Positions 26,240-32,000 of a stretch of 32,000 nucleotides of DNA are shown piece by piece. How positions within the stretch are numbered: position 1 is the stretch's first letter; each line of letters begins with the position of its first letter. A program made the translations under genes and the position numbers. A model generated the notes under the pieces. That model was not told the origin of the DNA, ran no database searches, and worked only from the letters and a program-made list of their open reading frames with translations. Source of the stretch: Raphidiopsis brookii D9 (GTDB lineage Bacteria > Cyanobacteriota > Cyanobacteriia > Cyanobacteriales > Nostocaceae); the NCBI GenBank assembly GCA_000175855.1, contig ACYB01000035.1, forward strand, positions 420,001-452,000, in the 5' to 3' direction.

Positions 26240-27130
26240 TTAACTATTATTAATTTTAGGTACTTCTAAAACTATAGCACCCAGAAGTCCCTTGCGAAAA
26301 TCACTAATGATAGTCCTAGCAGTACGTTCCACATCTCCTTGATAACGACTTGCTGCTAACACCTCTAAATATGCTTCTCCTGTATGAATAATAGAATCAA
26401 CACCATAGCGAGAAAGTAGTGGATGGGGTGGTAATAAATGGGGGGAAGTTTCTTGAAACTGATTGACCATATCCACAAAAGCAGCTGCTATTAATTGATT
26501 ATCGTAGGATGCTTCGCCAATATCATCACAGATAGCTAATTTCACTGCTGCTTGCTGATCTTCTAATCGAGAAGGAATAATTCCCGGTGCGTCTAACAAT
26601 TCTAAATGTTCAGAAATTTTCACCCAGCGCAATTGACGGGTGACACCCGGACGAGCAGCACTTTCCACAACTCTTTTCCCTAACAACCGATTAATCAGTG
26701 CGGATTTTCCCACATTGGGAAAACCAATCACTACTGCACGCACGGGACGGGGTAACATCCCCCTTTGTTTTCTCCTTTCATTTAGTTCTGTTCCTGCTAT
26801 TTGTGCTGCTTTAGCTATAGCTGTAATTCCTTGACCTTGTTGAGCATTAGCAAAGTAGGGCACTTCTCCTTGTTTTTTAAGCCATTCTGACCATATTGAT
26901 TTTACTTGGGGCAAAATCATGTCTAGTCGGTTAATCACTAGCACCCGTGATTTGTTACCTATCCATTCTTTAACTTGAGGATGGTGTGTAGATAATGGAA
27001 TACGTGCATCCCTAACCTCTAATACCACATCTACCCTTTTTAATTGCTCTTTAAGATTTTTTTCCGCCTTAGCAATATGACCGGGATACCATTGGATGAT
27101 ATTTAACTTGTAGTTTTGTGTTATGGACAT
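26240..27130 (-). CDS. rbgA: Ribosome biogenesis GTPase A (YlqF/RbgA, circularly permuted GTPase)
   Basis: QWYPGHIAKAEKNLKEQLKRVDVVLEVRDARIP, the permuted order of NRLD (G4) followed by GFPNVGKSALINRL (G1), and DAPGI (G3). Confidence 0.9.
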   Translation of the reverse strand: MSITQNYKLNIIQWYPGHIAKAEKNLKEQLKRVDVVLEVRDARIPLSTHHPQVKEWIGNKSRVLVINRLDMILPQVKSIWSEWLKKQGEVPYFANAQQGQGITAIAKAAQIAGTELNERRKQRGMLPRPVRAVVIGFPNVGKSALINRLLGKRVVESAARPGVTRQLRWVKISEHLELLDAPGIIPSRLEDQQAAVKLAICDDIGEASYDNQLIAAAFVDMVNQFQETSPHLLPPHPLLSRYGVDSIIHTGEAYLEVLAASRYQGDVERTARTIISDFRKGLLGAIVLEVPKINNS

Positions 27131-27507
27131 TGTTTATCAATATTGCTACTGCTGTACAAAATTAAACGATTACCATCTGGATCCTGGGCATAAATCTCCT
27201 GACCATGGGAAGTTATGGAAATTTCTCCCGTGGGAAGATAACCTAGAGATTTCAGATCAGAAATGGCATTTTCTAGGTTGCTCACCTCTATACATAAACT
27301 TAGCGGATTTTTGCCATGAACTACAAATTCTGATTCATGATCTTTTTGCGGTCTGAAAATACCTAATCTCAGATGGTCAACTTGCCACTCAACGTAAATA
27401 CTAGGTATAAATTTAATGGGCGGGCTTTCTAGTAACTGCATATAAAAGTTGACCATCCGATCAAAATTTACCGTACCTATCGTTACTAGTATATAGTTAT
27501 ATTTCAT
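27121..27507 (-). CDS. VOC / glyoxalase-family protein
   Basis: About 128 aa with a beta-alpha-beta-beta-beta-like pattern and C-terminal AQDPDGNRLILY. I prefer ATG 27507 over TTG 27513. Its stop overlaps the rbgA start by 10 nt (caATGTCCATAA). Confidence 0.6.
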   Translation of the reverse strand: MKYNYILVTIGTVNFDRMVNFYMQLLESPPIKFIPSIYVEWQVDHLRLGIFRPQKDHESEFVVHGKNPLSLCIEVSNLENAISDLKSLGYLPTGEISITSHGQEIYAQDPDGNRLILYSSSNIDKQCP

Positions 27508-27531
27508 GAGCAACTATCTCGTTTTTCTATT

Positions 27532-28062
27532 ATGGACCGGATGAACTTGCCAAATACTATTACCTTGTCTAGACTATTGGGAATACCGTTTTTGCTGTAT
27601 GGGCTATATATTCCTACCCAGGGTGCTAAATGGATATGCTTAATTATATTTTTAATAGCAGCACTAACAGATTGGTTAGATGGATATCTGGCCAGAAAAC
27701 TGAACCAAGTTACGGATTTGGGCAAATTCCTAGATCCATTGGTGGATAAGTTATTAGTTCTAGCACCATTCTTAGTATTTGTAGAACTGGGTAAAATTCC
27801 CGGTTGGGGAGTATTCATCATCCTAGCAAGAGAATTAGCTATAGCAGGTTGGCGAATTAACCAAACCACAATTAGCGGAGCTAATATTTGGGGAAAATTA
27901 AAAACCATTACCCAAATTCTATCCATAGCTTTACTGATTGCACCATTACCCACCAATTGGCAAATCTATGCTAAATCTGCTTTCTGGCTATCTGTACTTC
28001 TAACGGTGATTTCTGGACTAATTTATTTATTACCCGTTTTATCACCCAAGCATGGAAACTGA
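27532..28062 (+). CDS. pgsA: CDP-diacylglycerol--glycerol-3-phosphate 3-phosphatidyltransferase
   Basis: The CDP-alcohol phosphatidyltransferase motif is DWLDGYLARKLNQVTDLGKFLDPLVDKL. The protein is 176 aa and multi-pass hydrophobic. Confidence 0.9.
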   Translation: MDRMNLPNTITLSRLLGIPFLLYGLYIPTQGAKWICLIIFLIAALTDWLDGYLARKLNQVTDLGKFLDPLVDKLLVLAPFLVFVELGKIPGWGVFIILARELAIAGWRINQTTISGANIWGKLKTITQILSIALLIAPLPTNWQIYAKSAFWLSVLLTVISGLIYLLPVLSPKHGN

Positions 28063-28083
28063 ATATTTTTAAGCAGCAACTTC

Positions 28084-29669
<1,586 letters not shown>

Positions 29670-29879
29670 AGGGAAATAGGGATTGAGGAAGGGTAAGAAT
29701 TAGCAATTGGCAATCACAGAAAATGTGATTCTTTGGTTGCATGTCTGACCTTTTTACCAGACAACAACCTATACCTCCAAAATATCAACTTTATATGCTA
29801 ATCGTCCATCCATATCTCTTGATTCTCTCCCCTGTTTTTTGTTAAGTTTTAATGCCTTATCTAAAGATTTCTTTTTAAA

Positions 29880-30665
29880 ATGGCAATTCTTGAGCAAGTT
29901 TGGCAATTTTGTCATCGACAATTTTTATGTGTAATTGCATCTGTTTTGTTTTACACTTCCATACCACTCCCCCATCTTCCGGACCTGAAATTCCAAAGGG
30001 TAGCCCTTTTTGCTCCTGCTATAGGTTTGCTAATTGGTGCTATTTTGGGTCTTTTGGATATGCTGTTTGATTACTTAGGAATATCAGCATTAACACAAAG
30101 TGTTTTGATAGTCATCATCTGGATAGGGATCACAGGAGGTTTACATTTAGATGGTGCTATGGATACTGCTGATGGTTTAGCAGTGACTGATCCCCAAAGA
30201 AGATTAGAAGTCATGGCCGATAGTGCTACGGGTGCTTTTGGTGTCATGGCAGCTCTGGCTATTTTACTGATAAAAATGGCTGCTTTGACAGATATTTCCC
30301 AAAATCGCTTTTTTCTTCTAATGGTTGCTTGTGGTTGGGGAAGGTGGGGACAGCAATTGGCTATTTTTCAATATCCCTATCTTAAATCTACTGGTAAGGG
30401 AGCATTTCATAAACAGGCCATTCGTCATCAGATGGATTTATTACCTAGTTGGGTTTTGCTTTTGGGTTTTACCTTACTCATTTGGGCTTTTAACCAAGGT
30501 AACTTTGTTTTGGTTATATTTACCCTAATTATTGGCAATATTATCTCCTTTATTGTTCCTGCATGGTTTAACCATAAACTGGGTGGACATACGGGAGACA
30601 CTTATGGCGCAGTGGTTGAATGGACTGAAGCTCTCTTCCTATGCTGTATGAGTAGTTTGACATAG
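29880..30665 (+). CDS. cobS: Adenosylcobinamide-GDP ribazoletransferase (cobalamin 5'-phosphate synthase)
   Basis: A polytopic membrane protein with [15 protein letters not shown] and [10 protein letters not shown], which are characteristic of CobS. Confidence 0.88.
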   Translation: MAILEQVWQFCHRQFLCVIASVLFYTSIPLPHLPDLKFQRVALFAPAIGLLIGAILGLLDMLFDYLGISALTQSVLIVIIWIGITGGLHLDGAMDTADGLAVTDPQRRLEVMADSATGAFGVMAALAILLIKMAALTDISQNRFFLLMVACGWGRWGQQLAIFQYPYLKSTGKGAFHKQAIRHQMDLLPSWVLLLGFTLLIWAFNQGNFVLVIFTLIIGNIISFIVPAWFNHKLGGHTGDTYGAVVEWTEALFLCCMSSLT

Positions 30666-30712
30666 GTAAGGTAGGGGATTATTAGACATTCCCCAACCCT
30701 AAACCACACATA

Positions 30713-31933
30713 CTATGGTGCAAGTGCATTACCACGTAATAAACTGCCAATGGTTTTGGCCGTAATTTTTAACTGGGTGATTGGATTAGCTGGAACTACG
30801 GTCTTATATAAATAGCTGTCAAAAGTCAGCTTTTGGACATCCATGTCATCACACATTTCCACAAATGCTTCCCTGGTAGCATCCGAGCGGTAGAACACGG
30901 TTTGTAACAGATCCAATACTTTATAGGTAAGTCCGTATTTTTTATCCCAACGCTTAATATAAAGTTTTAATTCCCTTTCACTAGGAATGCGCGCTCCACT
31001 ATTAGACACTTCCACAATGGTCTCCGCACACATTCTTCCAGACTTAGCAGCAAAGTAAATACCTTCACCTGAGGATTTGGTCACATAACCAGCAGCATCA
31101 CCCACTAAAGCAATTCGACCTACTACCCGACGTGGACGGGGATGTTCTGGTATAGGATGGGCTTCTACCTTAATAATTGTACCCCCAGCCAATTTTTCCA
31201 CTGCACGGGCCCGAATACCAGCTTGTAACTGTTTAATACTGGCTTTATTTACATGCATGGTCCCAGTACCCACAGCCACGTGGTCATACTTGGGAAAGAT
31301 CCAAGCGTAAAAATCCGTGGAAACATCATCTCCCACATACATCTCCGCTAGGTTGTTATAGTATGCCATTTTATCTTCAGGAAGACGAATTCTCTCCTGA
31401 AAGGCGATCGCATAATTATAATCCCCAGCATCCATTTCTTTAGCAACACGGGAGTTGGCACCATCTGCACCAATAATTAAATCCACCTTGAGAGTTTTGG
31501 CCACACCAACGGATCCACCCTCATTGTGATCAACATAATGAATTGTATAGGGGTCAGAATTATTATTAGGTATATCTAATTTATGCACAGTGGCATTAAT
31601 TAAGTTAGCACCCAATTTAGCGGCCCGGTTTCTTAAAAAACCATCTAGGACCTCTCTACGACACATCCCTATATATTCTTCTTGGTTAGTGAGATTGATA
31701 TCAACCTCTCGGTTAGAGGGGGAGATCATCTTCATATTGCGTACCCGACGGTCAATAATATCTGCTGGTAGATCAAACTCACTAACCATACAAAGGGGGA
31801 TAGCACCACCGCAAGGTTTAGCATTATCTAACTTACGCTCAAATAAATAAGTTTCAATCCCTGCTTTAGCTAGAGTTTCAGCAGCAGATGAACCAGCTGG
31901 GCCAGAACCCACAACAGCAACTCGTAATGTCAA
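30713..31933 (-). CDS. chlP: Geranylgeranyl diphosphate / geranylgeranyl-chlorophyll reductase
   Basis: The FAD motif VAVVGSGPAGSSAAETLAKAGIETYLFER, then KPCGGAIP and LVGDAAGYVTKSSGEGIYFAAKSG. It is 406 aa and starts at TTG (caa at 31931-31933). Confidence 0.92.
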   Translation of the reverse strand: MTLRVAVVGSGPAGSSAAETLAKAGIETYLFERKLDNAKPCGGAIPLCMVSEFDLPADIIDRRVRNMKMISPSNREVDINLTNQEEYIGMCRREVLDGFLRNRAAKLGANLINATVHKLDIPNNNSDPYTIHYVDHNEGGSVGVAKTLKVDLIIGADGANSRVAKEMDAGDYNYAIAFQERIRLPEDKMAYYNNLAEMYVGDDVSTDFYAWIFPKYDHVAVGTGTMHVNKASIKQLQAGIRARAVEKLAGGTIIKVEAHPIPEHPRPRRVVGRIALVGDAAGYVTKSSGEGIYFAAKSGRMCAETIVEVSNSGARIPSERELKLYIKRWDKKYGLTYKVLDLLQTVFYRSDATREAFVEMCDDMDVQKLTFDSYLYKTVVPANPITQLKITAKTIGSLLRGNALAP

Positions 31934-31940
31934 AGGTTTA

Positions 31941-31945
31941 CTCCT
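31941..31945 (-). promoter_or_regulatory. Shine-Dalgarno-like AGGAG, 7 nt upstream of the chlP TTG start
   Basis: The minus strand reads ggattAGGAGtaaacctTTGacattacga. Confidence 0.5.
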
Positions 31946-32000
31946 AATCCTTCAATTTACCTAAAGAATCCTAGCACACACCTTCCCGGGTTCGACCTTT

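Noticed and set aside
27504-27956. A 150-aa minus-strand ORF covers most of pgsA.
   Set aside because: The plus-strand frame carries the complete CDP-alcohol phosphatidyltransferase motif and membrane topology. The antisense translation has no motif and would also overlap the VOC gene start. It is a shadow ORF.
29670-29879. A cobalamin riboswitch might lie in the 210-bp leader upstream of cobS.
   Set aside because: No B12-box-like element (conserved GCCACTG-type core) or multi-stem GC-rich architecture is present. I found only a weak 5-bp hairpin (gtctg...cagac) in an AT-rich spacer.
30674-30694. A hairpin, gggga-N11-tcccc, between the convergent cobS and chlP genes could be a bidirectional terminator.
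   Set aside because: It has only a 5-bp stem with an 11-nt loop and no flanking U-run on either strand. That is too weak to annotate.
31980-32000. The sequence ttcccgggttcgaccttt at the window edge resembles a tRNA T-arm (GGTTCGA).
   Set aside because: The ~55 nt upstream shows no matching acceptor, D-arm or anticodon-arm structure. The stem partner after the loop is not visible before the window ends. I cannot call a tRNA from this.

Overview
This is a chromosomal segment of a cyanobacterium, probably a filamentous Nostocales-type genome. The basis is that it is AT-rich, carries 14 copies of the HIP1 palindrome GCGATCGC by manual scan, and encodes light-dependent protochlorophyllide reductase, ChlP, an LdpA-like Fe-S protein, a Ycf45-like ATPase, and pentapeptide-repeat and TPR proteins. 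About 30 genes are present and nearly all are housekeeping: por, lepB, pyrC, dus, rbgA, pgsA, tgt, cobS, chlP, yajQ, a GST and an M48 peptidase. The one clearly accessory element is an ~8.2 kb two-gene cassette on the minus strand, made of a 2079-aa bimodular NRPS (6406-12645) and an MFS exporter (4919-6352). It lies between a TPR lipoprotein gene and the ycf45-like gene. It is bracketed by a 76-bp direct repeat (4634-4709 and 12878-12953, 73/76 identical) that duplicates the last ~25 codons of the TPR gene, so the right-hand copy is an orphan gene tail. The NRPS reads A-T-C-A-T-C with no thioesterase or reductase. Its starter A domain has no acidic residue at the Asp235 position (FTASVRQ instead of FDxSVxE) and has GQTE instead of YGPTE. 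Its terminal C domain has an in-frame gap of ~23 aa right after HHIITDGWS. I recognised no rRNA, tRNA, CRISPR array, transposase or integrase. All product calls come from reading motifs in the supplied translations, and no database search was possible.
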